A stretch of 38,164 nucleotides of DNA from Ignavibacteriota bacterium. Lineage in GTDB: Bacteria; Bacteroidota; Ignavibacteria; UBA10030; UBA6906. Location: the NCBI GenBank assembly GCA_031394795.1, contig JANNUB010000585.1:1-38164 (forward strand), written 5' to 3'. The notes under the pieces were generated by a model. The model searched no databases. It had not been told where the DNA came from and saw only the letters and a program-made list of their open reading frames with translations. Shown here in pieces: positions 8,490 to 18,146 of the stretch (position 1 is the first letter of the stretch; each line of letters opens with the position of its first letter). Both the position numbers and the translations under genes were made by a program.

Positions 8490-10928
8490 TCACAAACTCC
8501 ACCAATAACTCACCTTCAACAATAGCACATTCGAAGGCCGTATGCGAAATGTATCTCCGAAGTCGTCGGCGAATGAACGAAAGTAATCCCCCGAACCACC
8601 TCTTCTCACTTGCGACCATACAAAAAAAAGCGTGCTGCCCGGAACGTATTCCCAGCGTAAGACAAGATTTGTATTCAGTGTCTGACTATTGAAGTCAGGG
8701 TTGCCCGCAAAATTATGCTGGACGAAATCTGTCGTACCGATAAGCCGCCGGAAATTCTCATAATGTCCTTTTGCCAGAAACACTTGCCCATAAAATTGCA
8801 GCGTTAAGTCAGGCGTGAACGTAATCGTACTCCGAAGCGTAAAGTTCACTTCATGCGTACTCCGGCTGCCAAAGATACTCATGGTCGAACCGCCCGATGC
8901 CTCGTTCGCAATCCATGCCCGTTGATTCCGCACGCCGTTGTATCCCGCCTCTAATTGGTACTCCATCCACGAAGCAGGTTTCACTTCTACGCCAACCGTA
9001 GATCCCCACCCGAATCTTTGGTCATTGTCCCAGACGGTGCGAATGCTCAACGAGCCGTTCACATCTTTTCGTCCATCGGTCAATACGCTAATGTTAGCAT
9101 TGTACACGTCCGGCCGCGCATACAATCCATTTCCTCGAGTCTCCCTGTCATCATAACGACCGACATCCACCGATACCGCTGCGTTGAATGTCCAATAATT
9201 TGTGGAGAGCGCGCTTCCATTCAGTTGAGCCTGCCGGATGAGATTCACCCAATCAAAATTCTCTCGTTCGTGGAAGAACATCTGAACGCTGTAGTTTCGT
9301 ACAAGCTGCGCAGGTGCGTCTTCTTTGTACGTGAACACTCCAACAAATCCATAATCATTGGGACGACGGAAGAAACCAACGTCGTTGATGTTGTATTCCT
9401 TTGACGTGAAGTCGGAACTGACAGACCACAGCCAATGCGCGTCAGCAATTCGCGAGAAGGCTAACTTTCCGGCAGACCCTAAGCCGCGGTCGCTCACAAA
9501 ATTCTTCGTGTACGAAAGTCCGAAAAATCCATCAAGCTGATACGTGTTGGAATCGAACTTCAAATTCCAATCACCGCCGGTTGTGATTGCAGGATAGCGT
9601 TTGTCTTTCGCCGTCGTTGTAAGAATCAAACCCACAACGGAATTATCGAGAACATCTTGCCGCAGACGGACGATATTGTAGTGCGCAAACGGTTCAACAA
9701 CCTGTTCGAACGTAGTTCCTGCCGAGTCTGCAACGAAAGCGCGCTCTTCTTTTGTGAACGCCTGTATCACGCCGATGGAAGTTCCGCCATTCGTCTTGCC
9801 GCTTATCTTTGCCGCTCCAAGAATTGTGGTGGCTTGCGGCATGTCGATAATTCTTCCTTTTGTTGGAACGCTCACTTCGGACGCAGAGAGCGCACGACCA
9901 ATGCGGCGAGAATAAAACATGCCGGGACCGAAGTCATCGCCAAATGTTGTGAAGCGGATGATATGTGTTCCTTCGATGAAGAACGGTCGCTTCTCAGGAT
10001 AAAATGTCTCGAACGTCGAGAGATTCAGTACAGCCGGGTCTGCTTCTACTTGACCGAAGTCGGGATTGATTGTCGCATCGAGAAGGAAATTGTTGGAGAG
10101 GCTGTACTTGAAATCGAGTCCGGCGTTGCCGCTGAACTTGCCGATGCGTTGCTGGTCTGATTTCTCCGGTTGCCATTGCTGCTTGCTGAGAACGAACGGC
10201 AGTAGTTCAATGCGATGTGGCGCCGGTAAGTTTTTCAATCCAACCAAATGGCCGAAGCGAGAAATGAATCCGGTCTGGCTTTTCGGAACGTGAACCCATC
10301 GGTCCTGTTCGCTCTTCCTGCTGATGCGGCGGCGGAAGTTGATGCCCCACTCATGCTCCGTCGAGTCGTTGATGTCGGAGCGGTACCGAAGCATACTAAA
10401 TGGAATTCTGACTTCTGCCGACCAGCCGTTCGGAAGAATTCGTGTATGCACATCCCATACGGCGTCCCACGATTTATCTTCCTTGTTTGCGTCGTCATAC
10501 AAAAGAATGTCTATCTTCCCGCCTGCTGCGTTGAACGTGAACTCGTAGCCGTTCTGATGATCGTGAAATGAATCAATGAAAACGGCAACCCGATCCGTCT
10601 CAATGACATTGTCCCGGCGGGAAAGCCGCGCAACAATTTGGTCCGGTTGGGAGTTGTACATCATCGCGCCGATGTACAACGCTTCATCATCGTACAAGAC
10701 GCGAATCTCGGTCTGCTCGGAAGCGGGTTTGCCCTCGTCAGGATCGCGCTGTATGAAATCTGTTGCGGGCTGTGCGAACTTCCAAACGTTATCATTGAGG
10801 ATGCCATCAACGTTCGGTGATGTCGAGATGCGGACCGCCCTAATTGTTCGGGGACTGTCGCCCGCGAAAGTACTGTTTGAAAAAGCGATGATGGTTAAGG
10901 AGATAATGAGGGGAGAACTCAAATTCAT
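8490..10928 (-). CDS. CBM9-like domain + DUF5916 protein (secreted or outer membrane)
   Basis: Signal peptide; VDGILNDNVW, TEIRVLYDDEALY, GWSAEVRIPFSMLR, TINPDFGQVEAD, FYPEKRPFFIEG and FYSRRIG motifs; aromatic C-terminus KVSYWWSL. Confidence 0.82.
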   Translation of the reverse strand: MNLSSPLIISLTIIAFSNSTFAGDSPRTIRAVRISTSPNVDGILNDNVWKFAQPATDFIQRDPDEGKPASEQTEIRVLYDDEALYIGAMMYNSQPDQIVARLSRRDNVIETDRVAVFIDSFHDHQNGYEFTFNAAGGKIDILLYDDANKEDKSWDAVWDVHTRILPNGWSAEVRIPFSMLRYRSDINDSTEHEWGINFRRRISRKSEQDRWVHVPKSQTGFISRFGHLVGLKNLPAPHRIELLPFVLSKQQWQPEKSDQQRIGKFSGNAGLDFKYSLSNNFLLDATINPDFGQVEADPAVLNLSTFETFYPEKRPFFIEGTHIIRFTTFGDDFGPGMFYSRRIGRALSASEVSVPTKGRIIDMPQATTILGAAKISGKTNGGTSIGVIQAFTKEERAFVADSAGTTFEQVVEPFAHYNIVRLRQDVLDNSVVGLILTTTAKDKRYPAITTGGDWNLKFDSNTYQLDGFFGLSYTKNFVSDRGLGSAGKLAFSRIADAHWLWSVSSDFTSKEYNINDVGFFRRPNDYGFVGVFTYKEDAPAQLVRNYSVQMFFHERENFDWVNLIRQAQLNGSALSTNYWTFNAAVSVDVGRYDDRETRGNGLYARPDVYNANISVLTDGRKDVNGSLSIRTVWDNDQRFGWGSTVGVEVKPASWMEYQLEAGYNGVRNQRAWIANEASGGSTMSIFGSRSTHEVNFTLRSTITFTPDLTLQFYGQVFLAKGHYENFRRLIGTTDFVQHNFAGNPDFNSQTLNTNLVLRWEYVPGSTLFFVWSQVRRGGSGDYFRSFADDFGDTFRIRPSNVLLLKVSYWWSL

Positions 10929-11043
10929 TCTTTCTTCTTTTCAAACTTGGCAATAACAACGGCGGAATCCACGGCGGCGGAATCATTCATCAGTTCGTCA
11001 ACGGATTGATCAATGGTAATTGGCGTCGCGAAATCACCTCTTG

Positions 11044-12624
11044 CTATTTCTGAATCTGATACACGGAATCGAGCAACGTTCCATCTACCCATTTCACAAC
11101 AGCGACGACGTTGTCTTTCTTAACTTTGGGTTTCATCGGAGTGCCTCCACAGATATCGAAGACCTCTTCTTTTATTTCATCGAGTGTCCGGAGAGGAAGC
11201 GAACTTGAGGAGAGTTTTTTCTTTAGATCCTGTCGTGCAGGATTAATGGCAATGCCGCGTTCCGTAACAACAACATCAATCAGCTCGCCCGGTCCGCATA
11301 ACGTTGTCACTTCGTCAACAATAACAGGAACCCGATCTCGAAAAGACGGAATTGCAAGAATAACACATTTGCCGAAAAGGCAATCCTGCCAACCACCAAT
11401 ACCGTGAAGAAGGTAACCGTCGGAATGCGTTACTACGTTTGCATTGAAATGGACATCAACTTCGGTCGCGCCAAGCACAGCAACATCGAGCATTGAAGCA
11501 AAATTACCTTTCCCATAATAATTGTAGCTTGTAAAGGGGCTGGTGTTCACATGTCTCGCGTTATCGCGCAGAGAGCGTACGCCGTCTGCATCAAAAGCCT
11601 GTCCGTCGAGAATGTAATCCGTCAATTCTTCTTCCAACATTTCAACAAGATAGCGGGTGCTTCCACCGCGAATGAATCGCGCCTTGATGTTTCGCGCTTT
11701 CATTCTTTCTTTTAGGTACACGGCAAAGGCGAGACTGATGCCTCCTGCACCCGCTTGAAATGAAAAACCATCGTGCATTATCCCCGCCTCTTCAACAAAT
11801 CGCGCAACGTATTCCGCTATGAGAAGACGATCGGGGCTTTTCGTGAGTTGCGTCGTTCCCGATACGATCTTCGCCGGATCTCCAAGGCTTTCTACTTGAA
11901 CGACACAATCAACATTGTTGCCCTGGATGTGCCACGGCACGCACGGAAAATTCACGAGAGTATCCGTCACCACAATCACTTTGTCTGCGTATTCCGAATC
12001 GGCAAGCGCAAATCCGAGCGGACCGCACGCAGACTTTCCGTCCACACCGTTGGCGTTGCCGAAAGGATCGGCGCAGGGCGCCGCAATGACTGCTATGTCA
12101 ATGTGAACGTCTCCATTCTGGACCGCACTATATCGCCCGCCGTGTGAGCGGAGAACACCAACACCTCGCATGTGTCCATCCGACGCGTACCGTCCGAGCG
12201 GTCCGTTCATGCTTCCTTCGATGTGATGGATGGTTCCGTCGTCCAAATATTTGATGAGGTATTCGTGGCAAGGGAATGATGCGCTCGGAAACCATCGAAT
12301 ATTTTTTACTCCCATCTCTTTGATGGTATCAAAAAACAGATTCGTCAGGGCATCGCCGTTGCGCAAATGATGGTGCGTGGAAATTGTCATCCCGCTTTTC
12401 AATCCGGATTTTCTCAGCGCTTCCTTCAGGTTCTTTACCACTTTGTTTCCGTCCGAAGGGAAATCGGCGCAACTGCGAATCGGCGGACCGGAAATGTTGC
12501 GTGCTGGACGAACCGCACCGACTCCCATGTACGGCAACTGGGAAATTCCATTGACGTAACGCGGAATCAATCGGCCCGCGGCGTTCCGTATAAGTTTGGA
12601 TTTGGTTGAAGTGGATGTTGGCAT
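11044..12624 (-). CDS. citF: Citrate lyase alpha subunit / citrate CoA-transferase-like protein
   Basis: GMTISTHHHLRNGD, RSHGGR, FSFQAGAGG, LGATEVDVHFNANV and DVVVTERGIAINP motifs. Confidence 0.88.
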   Translation of the reverse strand: MPTSTSTKSKLIRNAAGRLIPRYVNGISQLPYMGVGAVRPARNISGPPIRSCADFPSDGNKVVKNLKEALRKSGLKSGMTISTHHHLRNGDALTNLFFDTIKEMGVKNIRWFPSASFPCHEYLIKYLDDGTIHHIEGSMNGPLGRYASDGHMRGVGVLRSHGGRYSAVQNGDVHIDIAVIAAPCADPFGNANGVDGKSACGPLGFALADSEYADKVIVVTDTLVNFPCVPWHIQGNNVDCVVQVESLGDPAKIVSGTTQLTKSPDRLLIAEYVARFVEEAGIMHDGFSFQAGAGGISLAFAVYLKERMKARNIKARFIRGGSTRYLVEMLEEELTDYILDGQAFDADGVRSLRDNARHVNTSPFTSYNYYGKGNFASMLDVAVLGATEVDVHFNANVVTHSDGYLLHGIGGWQDCLFGKCVILAIPSFRDRVPVIVDEVTTLCGPGELIDVVVTERGIAINPARQDLKKKLSSSSLPLRTLDEIKEEVFDICGGTPMKPKVKKDNVVAVVKWVDGTLLDSVYQIQK

Positions 12625-12757
12625 ATCAATCTCGCGTTACGATCTTTCGAGTGAATCACTCATGTTACGCAGACAAGAGTCTCCTCTGTGCGAAAGCCTG
12701 CGTATAGAGTAGAGGGGAATCTGCAATTGAACGTTTCGGTGTCGTTCTATCCCCCAT

Positions 12758-13273
12758 TTATTTTGTCCGTCCAGTTACAATCTTGTCATATTCAATGTCG
12801 TTTGGCTCCCACAATTCAACCTTATTACCTTCAACGTCTATGATGTGAACAAATTTGCCGTATTCAAATGATTCTATTTTGTCAGCAATTGTCACGCCTT
12901 CTTTTTTTAGTTGTTCGACAAGTCCTTCCAGATTTTCAACTCTATAATTTATCATAAAGTCCTTTGTCGAAGGTTCAAAATACTTTGTTGTCTCGGTAAA
13001 TGGACTCCATTGCGTAAACCCTTTTTTTGTCGTGTCTGCGCCTTGTCGCCACTCAAAATTTGTCCCGTATTGGTCGGTGTCTAGACCCAAATGAGTTTTA
13101 TACCACTCTTTCATTTTGTTGGGGTCTTTACACTTAAAAAAGATACCGCCGATGCCTGTTACTTTTTTCATTTTATTGTTGTCGTTAGATTGTTTTGAAA
13201 TGATTGTGTTAAATGCGAAACAAAAACCGAATGATGTCACAAGTGCTAAAAATATTAATGTTTTCTTTTTCAT
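12758..13273 (-). CDS. VOC (glyoxalase/bleomycin-resistance) family protein with a signal-like N-terminus
   Basis: KVTGIGGIFFKCKDP, FMINYRVENL and YGKFVHIIDVEGNKVELWEP motifs; visibly more AT-rich than its neighbours. Confidence 0.88.
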   Translation of the reverse strand: MKKKTLIFLALVTSFGFCFAFNTIISKQSNDNNKMKKVTGIGGIFFKCKDPNKMKEWYKTHLGLDTDQYGTNFEWRQGADTTKKGFTQWSPFTETTKYFEPSTKDFMINYRVENLEGLVEQLKKEGVTIADKIESFEYGKFVHIIDVEGNKVELWEPNDIEYDKIVTGRTK

Positions 13274-13396
13274 TTGTTTCCGTCTGTTTAGTGTCCGTTG
13301 TGTCGTCTTTTACGCTTACTGCTAACCACCGGGTTTGTGTCACATGAGGGAATCAATTTGTGATGAAGAATGGATTGCTATTTTGATGTCCGGACA

Positions 13397-14593
13397 TTAG
13401 CTCATTTTTGCCAATGCAAGCACTCGTTGTGCCCGTAGCACAACAGGTGCGTCAATCATTTTTGAACCGAGCGCAACCACTCCCGAACCACTTCGTTGGG
13501 CATCAGCGTAAGCCTCAACAACCCGCGTTGCGTAGGCAACCTCCTCGGCTGTCGGCGCAAATGCTTCATGGACAATTTTGATTTGTCTTGGATGAATACA
13601 ACCTTTCCCGTCAAAACCAATCGCCTTGGCTTCCAGCGCACTTTGTCTCAGACCATCGTCGTCGCTGACATCGGAAAGGACGGAATCCAACGCCTGGAGT
13701 CCGGCTGCTTTTGCAGCGTTCACAATTGCGCTGCGCGCATAGAGACTCTCAGCGCCGGCTTTCGTCCGCGCTGCGCCGATATCGGCAGTGTAATCCTCAA
13801 GCCCAATCGCGATCGCGCAATTGCGGTTACTCGCCGAGGCAATCTCGAATGCGCGGACCACACCCAATGCACTTTCGATAATCGGAAGGAGCAATACCGT
13901 GTTTTTGATATCATGAAGCGTGGAAAGCCGCTCGATCTCGCGTTCCACTTCCTTTACGTTCTCAGCTGATTCACATTTGGGAATCAAAATTGTCTGGACG
14001 TTGTAGGGAATGATGTGTCGAAGATCCTCGATGCCTTCGGGCAACTGATTTATCCTGACCATGCGCTCTGCATCGCCAAAATTCACATGCCTCAACGCAT
14101 TTCGGACAAGAACGCGAGCGCTGTCCTTCTCTGAGGGCGATACGCTGTCTTCAAGGTCAAGTATGATGCAATCCGGTTTGTGCAATGCGGCATTCACGAA
14201 AAACTTCGGTTCGTTTCCGGGCAGATACAATCTCGACCGTCTGAGTCTCTCCTTCGATGAAACCGCGAGACGTTTGCTTCGAACCGGCAAGAGAAAGTCT
14301 TTATCGTCGCTGAGATTCATTCGTCGAAGGGCTGCTTCACAACGTGCGGCAATAATCCAGGGAAGCGCTCCGAAGTCTTCAATAAGAACATGCGCATGTT
14401 TTGTTTGATAGAAGTGAAGGACTTGATTTACAAGCTCCTTGATTGAGGCGCCGTACATTGACTCGACTTTGCTCGTTAACTGAATGTACATGCCTCCGGA
14501 TCGCTTCCGCTCGATCTTAATGTAGCAATCAGATCGAACGTCGTTGCCGCGTCGACCGGAAGAAACGTGCGACGATAAATTTTTCATGTCCAT
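13397..14593 (-). CDS. citE: Fusion of a CitD-like acyl-carrier domain (about 95 aa) and a CitE/HpcH citryl-CoA lyase-like domain
   Basis: N-terminal SD...LTSKVESMYG...EDFGALPWIIAARCEAA (CitD-like). C-terminal RRSRLYLPGN, DLEDSV, VRIN, IPK, IES, GLEDY and GKGCIHPRQI (CitE). Confidence 0.85.
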   Translation of the reverse strand: MDMKNLSSHVSSGRRGNDVRSDCYIKIERKRSGGMYIQLTSKVESMYGASIKELVNQVLHFYQTKHAHVLIEDFGALPWIIAARCEAALRRMNLSDDKDFLLPVRSKRLAVSSKERLRRSRLYLPGNEPKFFVNAALHKPDCIILDLEDSVSPSEKDSARVLVRNALRHVNFGDAERMVRINQLPEGIEDLRHIIPYNVQTILIPKCESAENVKEVEREIERLSTLHDIKNTVLLLPIIESALGVVRAFEIASASNRNCAIAIGLEDYTADIGAARTKAGAESLYARSAIVNAAKAAGLQALDSVLSDVSDDDGLRQSALEAKAIGFDGKGCIHPRQIKIVHEAFAPTAEEVAYATRVVEAYADAQRSGSGVVALGSKMIDAPVVLRAQRVLALAKMS

Positions 14594-14608
14594 CACTTAA
14601 TATTTTAA

Positions 14609-14758
14609 TAACTGACGTTACGCACAGAGAAAAGATTTGCCACAAAGACTCTAAGGACACGAAGGTTTCACCAAGAAAAACATAAACTTTGTGAAGCCTT
14701 AGTGTCTTTGTACCTTAGTGGCAAAGCTTTTTTCTTGAGGCATGCGTAACGTCAGTTA
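14609..14758. mobile_element. MITE-like palindromic element (150 bp)
   Basis: Perfect 16-bp terminal inverted repeat TAACTGACGTTACGCA (14609-14624) / TGCGTAACGTCAGTTA (14743-14758), inner arms TTTGCCAC...AAGG / CCTT...GTGGCAAA, TA at both ends. Confidence 0.72.
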
Positions 14759-15735
14759 ATAAGTTGTGCCAGCTTTGATGCAACATCAAGCAAGTCCATG
14801 CCTTTCGTGAACGGTAGGCAAACGCCTGACGTAATTCGCACTTTGTTAACCCATGCTTCCGGAATGCTTTTCATGCCGTTCATTGCGCCGCTTAACGCGC
14901 CGACGATTGCAGCAATCGTGTCGGCATCGCGGCCAAAATTACCGCCGAAAATAATTCCCTTTTGAAAATCACCCTTCGTCATCTTCAGCACTGCAAAGGC
15001 AGACGCGACGGCTTCAGGAGCGGCGGCTTTGTATTCCGTCCAGAGCGCTGCATGTAACGGCATCCATGCCGCTTCCCATGTGTCGCTCTCTTCAATAATA
15101 CTGAGCGCTTTTGTGAGAGTGTATCTCATCCATGAATCGTCAGGCGTTGTGTGAACTGCTGACTGCAAAACCTCATCCAAGTTCCCGCCAGCCATCGCAA
15201 CAGCAATTCCCGCGGCAATCGCTTGAGCACCCCAGACTCCGTCGCGCGAATGACTGATGCGTGACTCAATCTCAGCCAATCGCGCTGCGCGTTCCGGATC
15301 ACCAGCACAGGCAATCCCGATTGGTGTTATGCGCATTGCCGCGCCGTCACTCAAGCAGTGCGAGTTGTACGCTCCAGAAAGCGGCGGGAAGACACCGCGC
15401 CGGATGTTGACTGCCGCTTCACGCTCGCTTGCCCCGCCGCGCTTCAACTCTTGTAGTGGCAGAACATGCGTCATCCAACTTTCAAGAACATGCGCGTCGG
15501 TAATCGCGCCCTTAGCATTGATAAGCGTGTGGGCCGTCAGGAGAGCAAACTCCGTATCGTCCGTGCCCGGTGCGGGGCCTTCGGGAAAATCCGTTGTAAT
15601 GCCAAACCGGAATTGATTCTCTGGCGATCGTGCGGCATCGCCAAACGAATCGCCGATTGCGTGTCCGATGAGACATGCGGATGCACGATCAACCAAACGT
15701 GACTTATCTTTCAGAAGTTCAGATTTCGGAATCAT
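14752..15735 (-). CDS. ADP-ribosylglycohydrolase family protein (ARH-4 in transcription order)
   Basis: GHAIGDSFG, GTDDTE, SDGAAMRITP, ISH and GRDADTIAAIVGA motifs. Confidence 0.92.
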   Translation of the reverse strand: MIPKSELLKDKSRLVDRASACLIGHAIGDSFGDAARSPENQFRFGITTDFPEGPAPGTDDTEFALLTAHTLINAKGAITDAHVLESWMTHVLPLQELKRGGASEREAAVNIRRGVFPPLSGAYNSHCLSDGAAMRITPIGIACAGDPERAARLAEIESRISHSRDGVWGAQAIAAGIAVAMAGGNLDEVLQSAVHTTPDDSWMRYTLTKALSIIEESDTWEAAWMPLHAALWTEYKAAAPEAVASAFAVLKMTKGDFQKGIIFGGNFGRDADTIAAIVGALSGAMNGMKSIPEAWVNKVRITSGVCLPFTKGMDLLDVASKLAQLIN

Positions 15736-15744
15736 GCTGTGCTT

Positions 15745-17094
15745 TCATTGTGTTGAATCTGTTGAATGAAATTGTGCGACGTGCACTGTGCGGCGTGCAA
15801 GATCGCTGAACGTCGCATTGTCGAACCCCTTGAGGCTGGTGCGAATTCGATCGTGCAGTGGCTCAATCCATTGCTGCGGGAGTTTATCGGCTCCAAGCAT
15901 TGTTCCCATGATCGAACCAACAGTGGCGCCGTTGCAATCTGTATCCCATCCCCCCATCACCGCATTGCAGATTGCGCGACCATAATCGTTATCGCTGGAA
16001 AGAAGTGCCGCTACAACAAGCGCTGCATTATTGATGGCGTGTACCCAGTGATAGGCTCCGTATTTGTCATAGAGCAGATTCACAGTCTCTTCCCAACTCA
16101 TTTTCTCCACAGGCAGGGCGAGTACAAACCGGATAGCCTCTGCAAAACGCGATTGCGGCGGGATGAATTTTAACGCGTTGGAAACTATTTCACGTATGTC
16201 ATCCCTAACAAACGAATCAGCAATTGCAGCAGCAAAGAACACTTCACCGTAGATTCCGTTCCGCACATGGCTCAGGCTCGCATCACGCCACGCCAATTCC
16301 GCTGCACGGGAAGGCTGCGCCGGTGAAGCCCATCCCCAAATATCGGCTCTGATCTGAGCGCCGATCCATTCTCGGTATGGATTTCTCTTCAGTGCAGTTT
16401 GGGGAGGCTGCAAGTCATTCAGGTAGTTAACGTATGCGACCCGTTCACCCGAGAATGTGGAGAGAACAGGAAGCATGGCGAGCCATGTTTGAGCAACATG
16501 TTCAGTGTCGAATTTTTTTCCATACGTCTCAAGAATATGGAGGTTGAGCATCGGGAAGTTCATGTCATCATCTTCTGTCATGCAGAGAATGTTTTCCCGC
16601 AAGCTCTCTCTTCCGCTATGTTTATTCCATGGATATTGTTTCAGCAGGGATTGTGGAATTCCCCGTTCCGTTATGTACTCTGTGAGAGGCCACGTGCCGT
16701 TTGACAAAAGCATTTCTTTGATTGCATGCCGTGGAATTTTTTCGACCGGCTTTCCCAAGAGACAACCCGCCGCTCTACCGAGCCATCCCCCCAGAATTCT
16801 GTTCTCGATGAAGGCTGGAGAATACGATGGAACCTCTTCAGTGTTGATGTGACAAAGCTGAGATGCGACATCCCATGATGATGGCTCGTAAGGAAAATCT
16901 CTTGCTGCCGAGAAACCTTCTTCGATCTCCCGATAGAATTCCTCAGCCCTGTTCCGAAACTCCGCCTCGGAAAATTCTTGTCTCTTCAAATCTTTCCATC
17001 GTTGAAAAAGTTCTGTAACATGAGCACCCTCTTCTTGAAGTTGCTTCAACTCATGTTCAATGCGTTCAGGTATTTCTATCCAGGAAATTCTCAT
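15745..17094 (-). CDS. ADP-ribosylglycohydrolase family protein, long form with N-terminal extension (ARH-3)
   Basis: GWLGRAAGCLLGKPVE, EDDD, NPYREWIGAQIRAD, SHVRNGIYG and GWDTDCNGATVGS motifs. Confidence 0.9.
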   Translation of the reverse strand: MRISWIEIPERIEHELKQLQEEGAHVTELFQRWKDLKRQEFSEAEFRNRAEEFYREIEEGFSAARDFPYEPSSWDVASQLCHINTEEVPSYSPAFIENRILGGWLGRAAGCLLGKPVEKIPRHAIKEMLLSNGTWPLTEYITERGIPQSLLKQYPWNKHSGRESLRENILCMTEDDDMNFPMLNLHILETYGKKFDTEHVAQTWLAMLPVLSTFSGERVAYVNYLNDLQPPQTALKRNPYREWIGAQIRADIWGWASPAQPSRAAELAWRDASLSHVRNGIYGEVFFAAAIADSFVRDDIREIVSNALKFIPPQSRFAEAIRFVLALPVEKMSWEETVNLLYDKYGAYHWVHAINNAALVVAALLSSDNDYGRAICNAVMGGWDTDCNGATVGSIMGTMLGADKLPQQWIEPLHDRIRTSLKGFDNATFSDLARRTVHVAQFHSTDSTQ

Positions 17095-18146
17095 GCTTCT
17101 TTGTCATGGTTTCTGAGGGCTGCATCAACGAGACGATCCGTAAGCTCAAGAAAATTTGTCCCCGCCAGCGAGGGAATGCATACGCCTTTCAGAGTTGTTA
17201 TTGCAGCAAGCCAGCTTGCACTTGCAATCTCTCCGGAACTCATTGCCCCAACCAGCGCTCCAACTGCTGCCGGAAGTGAATCGGCTGCCTTCGCAAACGA
17301 CGCCGCAGTTGTAAGAGCAAGTTCAAAGTCATGCCCGATCATTTTTGCGATGACGAAAGTGAGAGCAAGAGTTTCCGGTGCCGCGTTTCCATAGCTGTAC
17401 TCTCGATTGATGATCGTATTCTGAATTTTCGGATGCATCGAAAACAAAGAATCGCGATCATCTGCAAAAGCAAGCGCGTCATCGACCTTTCGTCGTACCA
17501 ATGAAGACATTGGAAGAAATTGAAGTGACGCGTCAAGAATTTCATTTACACTCTTTCCCACACACGCCAGACTTATTGCCGCAGAGAATGCCTGAGCCGC
17601 CCATACACCATCTTCAGCATTTGTGACAGAGGCATCAAGTGCAGCCATGCGTGCCGCTTTCTCCGGATTGCCCGCACAGAAAATGCCGATTGGTACTGCA
17701 CGGGAAACAGCGCCGTCGTCGAAGTAATGCGGGTTCTCTCTCCCCGAACGAGGAGGCTTAATATCTTTACGTAGGTTACTCAATGCGGCTTGCGTACTCA
17801 CTCCACCTTTGATGATTTCACCCGACTGTGCAAGCGTGAGCCACACGTCATGAAGCGCGCGTTCGAATCCATCATCTCTCTTTAAAAGAATATTCGTCGT
17901 GAACGCCGCCCACTCCGAATCGTCTGTCGGTGAAATGTCGAATGACTCCGCAGGCTGGTTCAGAGAAAACGGCATAGCCAACGCAAGTACGTTCGATGTC
18001 TCAGATGCAGCATCCATCTCGCGCCGAATCCTTCGCGTCCATGGAGGAAGTAAATAGCTGCGATGAAACATCGCAGTCCAACTGAGAGCATCACCGATTG
18101 CAAGACCCAGCATTGCATTCCGTGCACGTTCCCTGAGCGCGTTCAT
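17091..18146 (-). CDS. ADP-ribosylglycohydrolase family protein with a degenerate second metal motif (ARH-2)
   Basis: GLAIGDAL, PTDDSEW and NPHYFDDGA motifs; AKAADS in place of G-x-D-x-D-T. Start placed at the ATG (18146) that overlaps the upstream TGA. Confidence 0.85.
   Translation of the reverse strand: MNALRERARNAMLGLAIGDALSWTAMFHRSYLLPPWTRRIRREMDAASETSNVLALAMPFSLNQPAESFDISPTDDSEWAAFTTNILLKRDDGFERALHDVWLTLAQSGEIIKGGVSTQAALSNLRKDIKPPRSGRENPHYFDDGAVSRAVPIGIFCAGNPEKAARMAALDASVTNAEDGVWAAQAFSAAISLACVGKSVNEILDASLQFLPMSSLVRRKVDDALAFADDRDSLFSMHPKIQNTIINREYSYGNAAPETLALTFVIAKMIGHDFELALTTAASFAKAADSLPAAVGALVGAMSSGEIASASWLAAITTLKGVCIPSLAGTNFLELTDRLVDAALRNHDKEA

Noticed and set aside
8262-8619. Short ORFs between the DUF5916 gene and lacI
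   Set aside because: No motif or convincing ribosome-binding site; probably intergenic.
12625-13396. A complete integron
   Set aside because: No integrase and no complete attC hairpin is visible; kept only as a cassette-like finding.
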